This document shows positions 14,646 to 28,791 of a stretch of DNA of 64,000 bases, piece by piece. Each line of letters opens with the position of its first letter. The stretch's first letter is position 1. The DNA is taken from assembly GCF_009914755.1 (NCBI RefSeq), contig NC_060929.1; one strand, written 5' to 3'. The DNA comes from the human T2T-CHM13v2.0 reference genome, Homo sapiens. The notes under the pieces are model-generated. The model did not search any database, had not been told where the DNA came from, and saw nothing but the letters and a program-made list of their open reading frames with translations. The translations under genes and the position numbers were made by a program.

Positions 14646-14795
14646 CCAGTGGGTTCCCAACCTGGCTGTACACAGAACCCCTTCGGGAGCCTGTTAAGGT
14701 GTATATTCTGTGGTTCCTCCGGTCTAGGATAAAGCCCAGGAATCTGCATCTTGACCACATTCCCTGAGGGATTCTGAAGCACCTGCAAGTTTCTG
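14646..14795. mobile_element. MER5-like fragment
   Basis: cagtgggttcccaacctggctg...cccaggaatctgcatcttgacc. Confidence 0.55.
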
Positions 14796-15064
14796 ATCTG
14801 GACCAGAGAGGGGAAGGAACTTGCCAGAGGCCTCACATTGAATTGCAGACCAGGTTGAGGCTAAAACCCAGATCTCCAGCTCCTGGCCTGGTCCTTTCCC
14901 TCTACTGTTCAGTTGCCTCCAAGTGCCCTAGAGGAATGAAGGTGGAGATGACTTTGGTGACACGTGAGGATGCTGGTGGTGGTGCTAAGGTGTATGGTGC
15001 TATGGTAGGCATTTCATATGGCTTATCCCATTTAATGGCAATAAGGATAGAAAAGGGGACATTT

Positions 15065-15355
<291 letters not shown>

Positions 15356-15396
<41 letters not shown>
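15356..15396. repeat. (CA)n microsatellite at Alu tail
   Basis: Direct reading. Confidence 0.95.
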
Positions 15397-15398
<2 letters not shown>

Positions 15399-15980
15399 GG
15401 GGACACTCTCCACAGCCACATGATCCCCTGGGTCATTTGAGCATCAAGTGGCAGATTTTAATGTACCCTTGGAAAAGGGAGACTATGACTGAGATGCAGA
15501 GATCCTGGAGAAGTGAATTTGAAACCATACCATCGGTGCATTGTCCATTCTCCAGGAGCATGTGCCCTCAAGGCAAGAGTTGTCTGCTAACCCGGTTACC
15601 TGAAGACGGGGCAGGCTGGCAGGAAGGAAACACATACGTCCCACAAGGTGTGTACCTGATGCCCATCCATCCATGCCAGCCTTCCACGAGTCCCGTGTAC
15701 CTGCGGGTGCTCAGTGTGCACATATTTATGTGTACGTCCTGCCCCCTCTGTGGGTGTGCATGCGTGCCTGGGCACGCTCTGCTGTGTGTAGCACAGGCTT
15801 GAAGCAAGCAGCACCTCTGTGTGTGGGCATACGTGCAGAGGAGGATGTGCTGCTGCCGGCTGGAGCCTCTCCAGCATTAAGAGGCTACTGAGAATGCGTG
15901 TATGTTGCAGGTGTATGTGTGTGTGTATGGAAATGGTTGCAATGCAGAGCTCAGAAGGAGAAGGGCCATTAGAGAAAACA

Positions 15981-16700
<720 letters not shown>

Positions 16701-17789
16701 CCATGCACCACCTATACATATTTTCTTTAAATTTTGTTAGTGAAATGTCCACTTTAGCCTCTCCTTAAGCAGTAATATACCTGAGATCACAAGTGTGTTC
16801 ATTATACCTCTTTTCCAATTCACATTTGAAATGTATATAACTATTAAGATTTTAAATATCAAGGTACCACCTAAAATCCTTTTTGCTTCCATTAGTGGTG
16901 GGGGCACCACACTCTAGGAACCACCAGTCCAGTCCAATCCCTCCTTTGGACAAATTGGATGCACTGAGGCCCCAAGAGGGTCAGGGATCAGCCCACTGTC
17001 TCACCCAAATTGTGACAGGACAGACCCTGGAACCAAATCTCCTGACTTCTAGTCTTCTTTTCTTTTATAGTTTGAGGGAAACATGGAGGGCAGGACTGCA
17101 TGATTCAGCCTCTCCCTGGCAGGAGACTCCTCCTGTTGGAGTGGGGCCAGACCTGCCTGGTAATTGGTGAATGGCAGCAGAGGAGAGGGCCATGGCAGGG
17201 TCAGCAGCCTCCAGCACCCCAGAGCCATGGTGTCCTCCTCTGAGGGGGCCTGGGGTTCAAAACTGGTTCTGGCTAGAAGTGACATGGGGATCCCCTGTGC
17301 AGAGAGAACGCGGGGTGGGGGGTGTTGGGAAGGGGGATGGGGTTGGACTGTGTCTGATAATGAGCAGAAGAGTGAGACCAGACCCAGAGAGGGGTGGTGA
17401 AGACAGGGAGAGAGACAGATACAGCCCCAGCCTGGTCGAGTTACGCAGAGGTGGGTGTGTGCAAAAGCCTACAGTTAACCACCCCCCAATGTGTGCACAG
17501 TGCTTTATACTTTAGAAATCATTGCTGCATTTCATTTACTCAGCAGCTACTCTGCAAAGCAGATATTATTATCCCTGTTTTACTGATGATGAAGTTGAGA
17601 CTCAGAGAGGTGAAGTGATTTACTGAAGGTAGCCCAGCAATTTGAATAGGATGCCTTGCTGAGCCATAGATGGGGGAAGAACTGGCTGCACCTCTGATTG
17701 GATTTGGTAAAGGAGGGCTGTCTGTGGGAGGAGCGGGCAGGCTGAATGGATTCGGGAGTGAGGGGCCGGCTGGAAACCCACAATCCACT

Positions 17790-17975
17790 CACTGGCCAAA
17801 TAACCTTGACAAATCACAAAACCTTTCTTTTTGAGGCTCAGTTTCCTCATCTGTAAAATGGGAATAATGGTACTCCCTAACTCACAGCCTGTGAGGATAA
17901 AATAAAACAACATGATGAAAAATGATAACACTGAAACCGAATGCCTCGCACATTAGAAGTGCTCAGTAAGCAGCA
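17790..17975 (+). mobile_element. MIR SINE
   Basis: ctcagtttcctcatctgtaaaatgggaataatggtac core. Confidence 0.8.
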
Positions 17976-20900
17976 ACTTGAGTAATGAACATGATTGCAC
18001 CCGGCCCCTGAGGAGTTTGCACACGGTGACCACCTGCCACGACTGAGGGATTCCCAGCGCCTTCTTTGGCAGCTGTGAGCGCGCCTGAGACCCCGTCTGG
18101 GGAACCCGCAGGGGTTGGGGGCAGGTTTGTCTGTCCCAGAGCCCCAGGCTGGTGATGACGCCTCCTGGGGATAAACCTCATCTCTCTGTTGTTTACCCCA
18201 TGTGCGGTGACTTTGTCATTATCGTTCCTCCTGCGTTTTTTCTTTGAGTTATTTATTTTTCTGTGAGGAAGGAATGTGGGGAATTTACCACAGGGCGCTG
18301 TCCTTCACTTTCAGCTGGGCTGCACGGCGTCCTTTCCTATAAGAAGGAAGCTGCTGAGACAGATGGCAGGAGAGGTGGAGGCGGAGGGTCCCAGCTGGCT
18401 CTGTGGCCCAAGGAGTGGGGGGCAGTTATGTAACCCACCCGGAGGCCCAGGTTCTGGTCTCCGGGCATGAGCCTGGTAATGTACATAGCTCCTGTGGAAC
18501 TGTGCCTAGCCCTCCCCATTCACCCCTGGCCTCTGGGCAAGCCCAGTGGGTGTGTTCCTCTATCAAAGTTTCCTTTCTATTCAGCTGGTCTTGATTTGGG
18601 GTATGGGGGTAGGTAGGGGAGTGGGGTGGGGGTTATCTTGAACCTCCTAGTCTCTGCTGAGCTATCATCATTGCTTAGAATGCTTCCTTATCTCCATCTT
18701 TCAAGAGCTAGGACATATGTCACCTCCTCCAGGAAGACTTCCTGGATTGCTTCATCCTAATTCATCTTTCTCTTAGGTTCTATGTTCTCCCCTCACTTCA
18801 TGAAACATTCTTTCCCTTAGGTCTAACACAGTGATTTGAGATTTCATCTCCTTCCCTCACAAACGTGTTGCTCTCTCCTTCCTTCTCCTCCCACTCCCAG
18901 GAACCACCCTCTAGATCTTTGATCTAGAATCTAGATGAATCTTGGATTTAGACAAATCTAAAATTCATCTCCAGGGATGAATGGTGAAGCAAAATGTGAA
19001 GGGGGAGGCTTTGGATTCTGGAAGTGCTTGTCCTTTAGTAGTTTATTTAATCAACACAGTGATGGTTTCAACCCCTCCTGGGTGATGGCTTCTGCTGAGT
19101 CTGGGGACATTTACAGAGGACAGAGACCAGTCCTGGCCCTAGGCTGGCACAGGGCTAAGGGGAAGGACCACATCTTTGTGGCGGGCCCAGAGTGTGTCAG
19201 GCCCTGGGAAGAGTGGAGGGGACCCGCAGATGACCTAGGCCCTGCCCTGACCCTGGCAGAGGCACTGTTTAGGGGAAACCACCTCTTTCCCTGCCCTGGC
19301 TTGCCACCTTTTTGTCTTTTAGATTATGTGTTTTCTCTGGAAAGGCAGGGTATGATGGTTCTTTCTGTACTCCCAAGGCTTCCAGGGAGCTGGGGCTGGG
19401 GAGAGTGAAACAGCAGGAGGGGGCTTCGTGAGCACAGGCTTAGCTCACCAGGGTTGGACTGGAGAGGTGGAAGCCTGGGCTGTGATCCTGTGATCCTCTC
19501 TGTGAGCCCTCCCTTTTCAGTTTGCTGTATACCTGGGGCTCAGCTTGCCTCTCTCTGGGTTACCATCTCAAAGTTTCTAAAAATTGACTGATTATAGATT
19601 AATAATTACCCCAGTAGAATGGGCAAGAGAGAGGCTGTGGCTCCTGGCCTTTGGCAGGGCCCTGGTCAGCCAACAGGGAGCAGGGCTTGTGGTCTGCAAG
19701 GATAGAAGATGGGTCAGGCTTGCGCTGACTGTGGAGCCCTCATCTTAGCTTCCCCTTACCCATCCATCTCTGCCCTCCCTGATCCCGACCCACTGCCAGC
19801 AGAGAGAAACCAGAAGTTTGGCCAGGCCCAGCCTCCTTCCCCTGGGTTTCTGAGTTTTCTCAACCTGCCGTTTCCTCTGAGCTCTGTTCCTGCTCTGGGG
19901 CCTCTGGGCCAGGTTGAACAGGGGAGGAGCACTGATCTAGGAGTCTGAATGGATTGATGAGGGCTTCCTACAAGAAGTGGCCGTTGGGCTGGGCCTGGAT
20001 GGGTGAGTAAGGAAGGTGAATTTGCTTTGTGGGGAGCTCTTCAGAAGGAAGGCGTCCAGGCTTGAGATCAGTCAGACCGCAGGGGCCCCTTGCTAAGCTG
20101 TGAGACCTGGGGTGAGTTAGCTGCTTCTGTGTGCCTCATCTTCCTTATCTACAAAATGGGGATAAGGGAACCTCCTCTATGAGTTGCTGTGAGGATTAAA
20201 TGAAAAAAGGCATGTTAAACCCTTGGCTTGGCAGCATCTGGTGCTCCCAAAATGTTGGCTCTTGTCATTCTCATAGATTTCATGTTTATTCTGCAAGTGC
20301 CAATGGAAGATGTGGTGGGGACAAGGGAGGAATACCGAAGTGAAGCAGTAGAGGCCCCTGCCCTCGAGGCCGTTGCAGTCTCTGGGGGAAAATAGGGCCC
20401 AGACCCTCATTGCTACAAAGCAAAACACTGGGAGGGGGCAGCATGGCCCACGTGACTGGCCCTGCACTGGGCATTAGGCCAACCTGGGCTTGAATTTCAG
20501 CTCTTCCTCTGGCTGGCTGTGTGACCTTGAGCAAGTTGCTGCACCCCTCTGAGCCAGCGTCTTCTCTAATATGGAGATGAGGATAGTGCTGGCCTCATGG
20601 GTTGCTGTGGAAGTAAGTGAAGTAAGGCCCTGTCCTGCTACCTGGCATGTGGTGAGTATACCCTGAAAGATTACTTTTACTAGAATAAATAATACACAAG
20701 GTGGTGGTTATTAAGTGATGCAGACAGAACATTGGTGAAGGCTTTTTGGAGGGGGTGGTGGCATTCTAGGTAGGCCGGAAATCTGAAGGATTAGGGCATG
20801 TAGAAAGGATGTGAGACAGAGGAGGGTTCCCGGTAGAGGGGGTCTGTGCAAACGCTGCTTTGCAGGCAGGAATTCATTGGGCAGCTGTGGGAACTGCAAG

Positions 20901-21089
20901 CCACTGAACTCCCTCCACTGTTGCTGAGGGCACAGAGAGAAGGTGAGTGAGCTCTTGGGCAGGCCCCGATAGCAGGGGTTTGAATGCCAGGATGAGGACT
21001 CTCCTCTTGATCCTCCATGTCCTGGGGAGGCAGCAGAGGGTTTTGAGCAGGAGAGAGGCATGAGTGGAGCCCGGAGGGAGGAAGATGAA

Positions 21090-21180
21090 TCTGGCAGCGT
21101 GGGGCGGGTAGATTGGCGGGGGAGAGACTGGGGGTGGAGAGGCCATTTAAAAGGCTGTTGCAAAATCGGTTTTCCTGATA
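21090..21180 (+). promoter_or_regulatory. SYNPO: Proximal promoter of SYNPO (GC box, inverted CCAAT, TATA-like)
   Basis: GCGTGGGGCGGG 21097-21108, ATTGG 21112-21116, TTTAAAA 21146-21152, directly upstream of an exon with a strong donor. Confidence 0.6.
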
Positions 21181-21371
21181 AAGAGCTGGGCTGAGTCATC
21201 TGTGGAGGAGAAAAGTCACATCCAGCTCCTTCATGTTGCTGCCGATGTGGGATTTTCCTGGCTTCGTCAGCCAAGCAATTGGCTGCCTTTGCCGGAGGCT
21301 TTGAGAACCAAGGCTTGAAGGCCGGCAGGAGCATCCAGGGGGAAGCTTGGCTTCAGGGAGGACCTAGCAGA
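21177..21371 (+). other. SYNPO: Non-coding first exon of SYNPO long/short isoforms (start approximate)
   Basis: Starts ~25-30 nt after the TATA-like box; ends AGA|GTGAGT at 21372; in-frame TAG at 21365 makes it 5'UTR when joined to 28460. Confidence 0.7.
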
Positions 21372-22474
21372 GTGAGTAAGATGAGCACCCGGAGGTGCCT
21401 TTGTGGCTTGGGGTATATGACTTAGGGCATGTGGCATCCCCCCTCTGATCTTAGTCTGTCCTCTGGGCATCAAGGGAGAGGTATGTGGTGATTTCTGCCA
21501 GCCTGTGAGTGGTGAGGCGGGGGCTGGGCCTGGGGCTCCCCACCCCATTTCTGTGTCTTCTCCCATGCCCGGCAGTCCTTCCCACCAAAGTCTAGATTGT
21601 TCTCCTCCCAAGAGGAGGTCTGGCAGTCTGCCGACCCCAGTCAGATTGCGCTCGCCATGACTCTGGGGATGGAGAATTCTCCAGGGCATGGAGCCTGTGT
21701 CATTTCCTCCTTTCAGTGGGAGGAATGGGGAAGGGGCTGGCAAGGTAGCCAGGCCATTACTCAGGCCTCTCCATTTTCCTGCCCCCAGCTGAGCCAGAGG
21801 TTGTGCAGTGGCCAGTCATTGGTTCCTTCCTGACCTCACCAGGGGGGCAGTTTACCCAGCCTGTTTACCCTTCCTGTCGCCAAGACCCCTGGACTACCAC
21901 AATGGGCTGCCTTGAGCCAATCTCTATTCCTACCCCTGGCTCTCTGTCCCACCCCGCCCCACCTGACCCTGGCTGGACACTCCCATTGACGGCATCGTGT
22001 GAAGAAGCATTTCCTTGAATTCTCCCTGTCCTGACCTTCTGCTCTGGCCTCCCTTCCCCGGCCCCACCTCCCTCCTGTGGATCCTCCATCCACACGGGCC
22101 CCAGTGGTGGGCAGAACAAGCAGCTGTCCACAGTGGGTGGTAGGGGTGGGGGAAAGGGTTTGTCCCTTTCTACGCCAAACAAGAACTGGGGTCTTCTGAC
22201 TCCCAACATAGTGATCTTCCCACTCTACTCATCTTTCATGCCTTATCAGTCCTTTCTACCTTAGTAAGAATGAGTTTATCAACTCTTCTCCTGAAAGGAA
22301 GAAGTGGAAGAAAGAAGGAGTTGTTCTAGGCAGCTGGGTTTTCAGGGGAGAAGACATTGCTGAGGGGCATTGATCACAAGATGAGGGAGCAGAGGGCTTT
22401 GCAGACCATCATCCAAGAGCACTGGAGCCTCTCTTGTTTCTCCTCTTTCCAGAGTCCTAGTCTGGAAGGAGAAT

Positions 22475-22690
22475 AGTTAAGAGATTAGACTCAGAGCCAG
22501 ACTTTTCTGAGTTTGGATTCCAGCTCTGCCACTCATAAGTTGTGTGACCCTGGGCAGGTCTCTCTGAGCCCCAGTTTCATCTGCAGAATGAGAAGAATCA
22601 CAGGACTTATGTCTGGGAGCTGTTGTAAGAACTGAACAAGGTGGTGAGCATAAAGTGCACAGCACTGAGCCTGGGCTGCAGCGGGGGCTC
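22475..22690 (+). mobile_element. MIR SINE
   Basis: tggattccagctctgccactcataagttgtgtgaccctgggcagg...cagtttcatctgcagaatg. Confidence 0.75.
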
Positions 22691-23947
22691 AGTAGTGACA
22701 GCAGTCGTTGCAAAGCCCCTTCTCATGGCTGTGCTGGGGCTTCTCGCCTACTCCCCCACTTCAGGATTTACCCTGTTGGACCCAGGTCTCCTGACCCCAG
22801 GCAGCTTTTCATTGTGCCCGCCCTCCACCCCTTCCTCTCTTGAAGGCCTATCTTCAGGGCTCCTGATCCAGTGTCCAGGGTGGGTCTTTAAAGGGCTAGC
22901 ACCCCAACTTGGCCCTGCAGAAGTTTAGGTGGGGAGGCGGTGGGGACATCATGACTTGCACAAGTGCAGGCCACAGCCAGGCCGATTGAGGGTTCAATGA
23001 GGTACCTGTCCCCTGTAGCCTTTGGCTACCTCCCCACCCCCACCTTTGACACCAAGAGCATGATCTTGAGCAGCTGCTGCCTGGGATATTGCCAGAGAGG
23101 GCAGCTCCCTAGTCTGAGGAATTTTAGATGGAGTTGCCCCCTGGTGCCCTGCTACGAGGGACTCTAGGGTGTCCCCCCGCCTCCCCAGCTTTGTTTGTGA
23201 AGGGTGGCGAAAATCATCTGGATGGCTGGCTGGATCTGGTCCAAACCTCCTGCTGAATTCCTTTTCCATGGAGTCACTGTGGGCTGGAGTGCGGGCTGCA
23301 GGAGCTTGCCTTGGAGGGCAGGGCTCTCTTACCTCCTGGCCTTTTCTGCCATTCCTCTTGTTCCAGAACAGTAGCTTGGGAGCAGTTCTAAGCTCAGAGA
23401 GGTGGTGGTGATGGGATCTTAGCGGCAGCCCAGGTTGTGCATGGAGCCTCACTGAGAGTCAGCTGACCTGGTCTTGGGCTCACATCCTCCTCTCTGACCT
23501 CTTCCTTGGCTGGGCCTCCCAGGCCAGCTTATTTCTAAAGGCCCTTCATATTCTGACATTTGAGGATTTTCTAAACCCATGGCCTTCTAGAGCCAGTAAG
23601 GAGAAAAGCAGAAAAATGCAGGGGCATTGAGAGGTCTGGAGTAATCAAACACTGAAGTGCTTTCTATGAGCCTTGCAAGGTGGGAACCGGCCAGCCAGGA
23701 GCCTGGTGCTCTCTGCAGTAACGTAGAGCCAGGTGTGAACAGAGCTCTACTCCTTCTGGCTCTGTGATCGTGGGCAGCTCACTTTACCTCTCTGAGCCGT
23801 AGATTTCTCATCAATAAAGTGTGCATAATAATAGTTTGTGATTTGTAGGTTTGTTTTGGAAATTAAATAATATGAGTAAAGTCTGTGTATAGGTGTACAG
23901 TAAGTGACCAATCAATATTAGCTACTATTGCTGCAACTGTGTCATAA

Positions 23948-24705
<758 letters not shown>

Positions 24706-26564
24706 GTGATTGGAAGTGAATGTAAGGAGGAACTTTCTAGCTGAGGAATGTTAATTAGTGGAAGACACCTCCCGGGGGAGTGAGCTCGTCACCTGAGTAT
24801 GTCAGCAGAGACTTGCACACTCAGCATGTTGTTTTGAAGATGCAAGAATTGTGTGGGAATTGGACTTGGTGACAGCCACCTCTGAGATTCCGAGGTTCTG
24901 TGTTTTGGGGCAGTAAGCTCTGCCTCCGTGTAGCTCTGGAATCTCCTGCTATTTGACCTTCAGTCAATCCCCTGTGCTAGAAGAGTATCTGACCTTTTCC
25001 AGGGAGTGGAATGGGGTGACCAATTGCCAGCTTATGCCAGGATAGCATGAGCCCTCTGTCTGTCCACCTGGGCTTCATGGCAGTCAGGCCTTGGCATTTT
25101 CATGATCTCTTTGTGGCCTCCCAACACTCATGTCAAGTTAAGGAGACTGTGGCTCTGAGAGGTACAGTAACTTGCCAAGGTCACACGGCTAGCAAATGGC
25201 AGAGCTTGGATTCAGGCCAGGAGGCCTGGTTTCTAAGCAGAGCAGGGGAGACAGACACAGCATGAGCTGAGCAACCTCTCAGAGCCCTCCAGTGTGGCTG
25301 GCACCCCATCCCTTAGGCTCCTCCCAGGGGAGCAGCCTGGCTAATAGATGGCTAATAGACATCTTTAATAGATAGGGTGATCCAGGCAGGAGAAGAGTCC
25401 TACTCGGGGGGAGTAATATCATGGGTGGGTGGGATAGGCTGTGTGCTTTCACTGTTTCTAATAGGTTAGGGGAAAACCAGGTTCGATGGAGGAGGGAAGA
25501 AGGAGGTTGGGGCCAGAAAACCTGTGGCTGCCCCAGTGGAGCTGCTGTGACGCTGCTGGTCACAGCTTCTTTGCTCTGTGTGGGCCTCCCTGCGGGTCCC
25601 ATGTGGGGTCACCCGGCTCTACCCTGGGCTACTCTCTGGATCTCTGTTTCCCACCTATAAAACAGGGTGGTGATGAAATACCTCCTCTGTCAGAATTCTT
25701 CCAGCTCTGAGAGTCCATGAATTCAGAGCCTCGCTGGCAAGATGCCTGGAAAGACTGTCCCTGGAGACAGACTCAGCATGCCATGGCCAGTGCTAATGAG
25801 GGCAAGGGAGGGGAGGGCAGGGTCAGATTCCTCAAGAACTAATTAGCTTCCCACAGTAGGGAGGAGAGGGGCAATGGAGGGAGGAATTTTCTTAGCCACT
25901 GATGTTGCTGGTCACAGGCTGATCCATCCACCTGTCTGTCAATGCATTTGTTCATGCAGCATTTGTTCATTTATTATTCAACAATTATAAATTGAGCATC
26001 AACTGTGTGCCAGCTGGCCACTGGGGATAGAAAGAGAAATGGTTGCCTATGGTGATCTTATAGATTAATAGGGGACTGAACTCAGCCTGATCTCAGGACC
26101 TCAAATCCCAGACTGAACCCCGACCCATGATGACCTTGTTCCTGCCCCTTATGTCCCAAAGAGACCTTTTGGGATGAGTAGACCACTTGAGCATGGACTA
26201 GAGACCCCAGAAAGAACAGTTCTGACTCCAGCTTTGTCACCCTTGGCTTTGCAACCTTGGGGCAGTTCCTTATATATCTCTGAACCTCCGTTTCTTCTTC
26301 TGTAAAACACAGGCAAGCAATGCTTGTCTCATTGTGGTCTTGTGCAGATAAAATAAAAGAATGCAATGTTCTACAGTAGTCATTGGTGAAACTAGCTCAA
26401 TTTGTTACTTTTCTAGTGTTAAAAGATGTGAATTTTAAAATGAGTATTTAAGTAAAACTAGGAAGAAATCCTGGGAGGAGATAGAAGAAACTGATTGTGA
26501 TACAGAGTAATCAGGGATGGGGTGACACTTTTTACTGTATACCTTTTTATGTTTTAATTTTTAG

Positions 26565-26902
<338 letters not shown>

Positions 26903-26967
26903 CTATGTGAATGTATTACCTACCCTAAAAAGGGGAAATATTAGTGGCGTCTCTTTATAAAATCAAA

Positions 26968-27778
<811 letters not shown>

Positions 27779-28459
27779 TCAGGCAAGGTCATTGCCCCTT
27801 GGAGCTATGCTGTAGGTGAGGAGACAGATAATAGACAGGGAAACATAAAGATCATTTCAACTTGGTGAATGCTATGGAGAAAACAAAACAGATGGGATAG
27901 GAGAAGGAAAGGTGCCTCCAGAGAGGGGACATTCCAGCTGAGACTTGAGTGGCAAGATAGGAACCAGCATGGACTGCTACCTGGGAAAAGATTATTCCAA
28001 GGAGAGCGAGCAGCAAGTCCAAAGGCCCTGGGGCAGGAACATACTTGGCATTTTCAAGGAAGAGAAAGCAAGCCAGTGTGGCAGAGCCTAGTGAGAGAGG
28101 AGAAGGCAGTGGGGAGGAACTGGGGACACGGTGGGACTTCTAGGGTGAGGTGTTCGTACTCAGTTTGGTAAAGTGCCATATCAGCAACTGTCAGGGGGAT
28201 TCCAAATCAGGGACCAGTTAATCCTGAGAGGATAATCAGGGTGGCGTAGACGTGGTGGCATTTGAGTTGGGCCATGAAAGGTAGGTCAGGGCTGATTACG
28301 AAGTGAGCTAATTCTAAGAAACAGTGAGTGACGATTAAATTCCAGAAGAGATCCTGTGTAGGAAGGGCCGAGGCGACCATCTCTGTCTGCCTGTTTGTCC
28401 GTGCACCCCTGTGTCACTGCATTCCTGTTTGCTAACTGGGCTTTTGTCCCTCCCTGTAG

Positions 28460-28791
28460 CGTTGGGCCGGAGCACTAGCCTCACGGAGAAGGATCTGAAA
28501 GAAGCCAAGGCGCGGAGCCAGCAGATTGCAGCCCAGCTGACCACCCCTCCCAGCTCCAATTCCCGTGGCGTCCAGCTCTTCAACAGGCGCCGGCAGAGGG
28601 TGAACGAGTTCACCTTGGAGAGCCACGGCCAGAGGGGACAGAAGCCCAGCCAGGAGTCCCTCAGAGTGCTCCCTTCAAGCCTCCCAGGCCATGCACCGGG
28701 GCTCAGCCTGAGTTCCACCTCGCTGCCGGAGCCAGGCCCTCCACGGCACCCCAGTCCCCAGAGCCCCGACAGAGGGGTCCCTGGCCACAGC
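28460..28791 (+). CDS. SYNPO: 5' part of the large SYNPO exon; coding only in N-terminally extended (929-aa type) isoforms, otherwise 5'UTR
   Basis: Acceptor ttttgtccctccctgtag|C at 28459/28460; open frame [27 protein letters not shown]...; the upstream coding exon is not in this window. Confidence 0.75.

Noticed and set aside
28411-28459. N-terminus [16 protein letters not shown] of the 812-aa ORF, which looks like a signal peptide
   Set aside because: It is the intronic polypyrimidine tract before the acceptor, read from a GTG.
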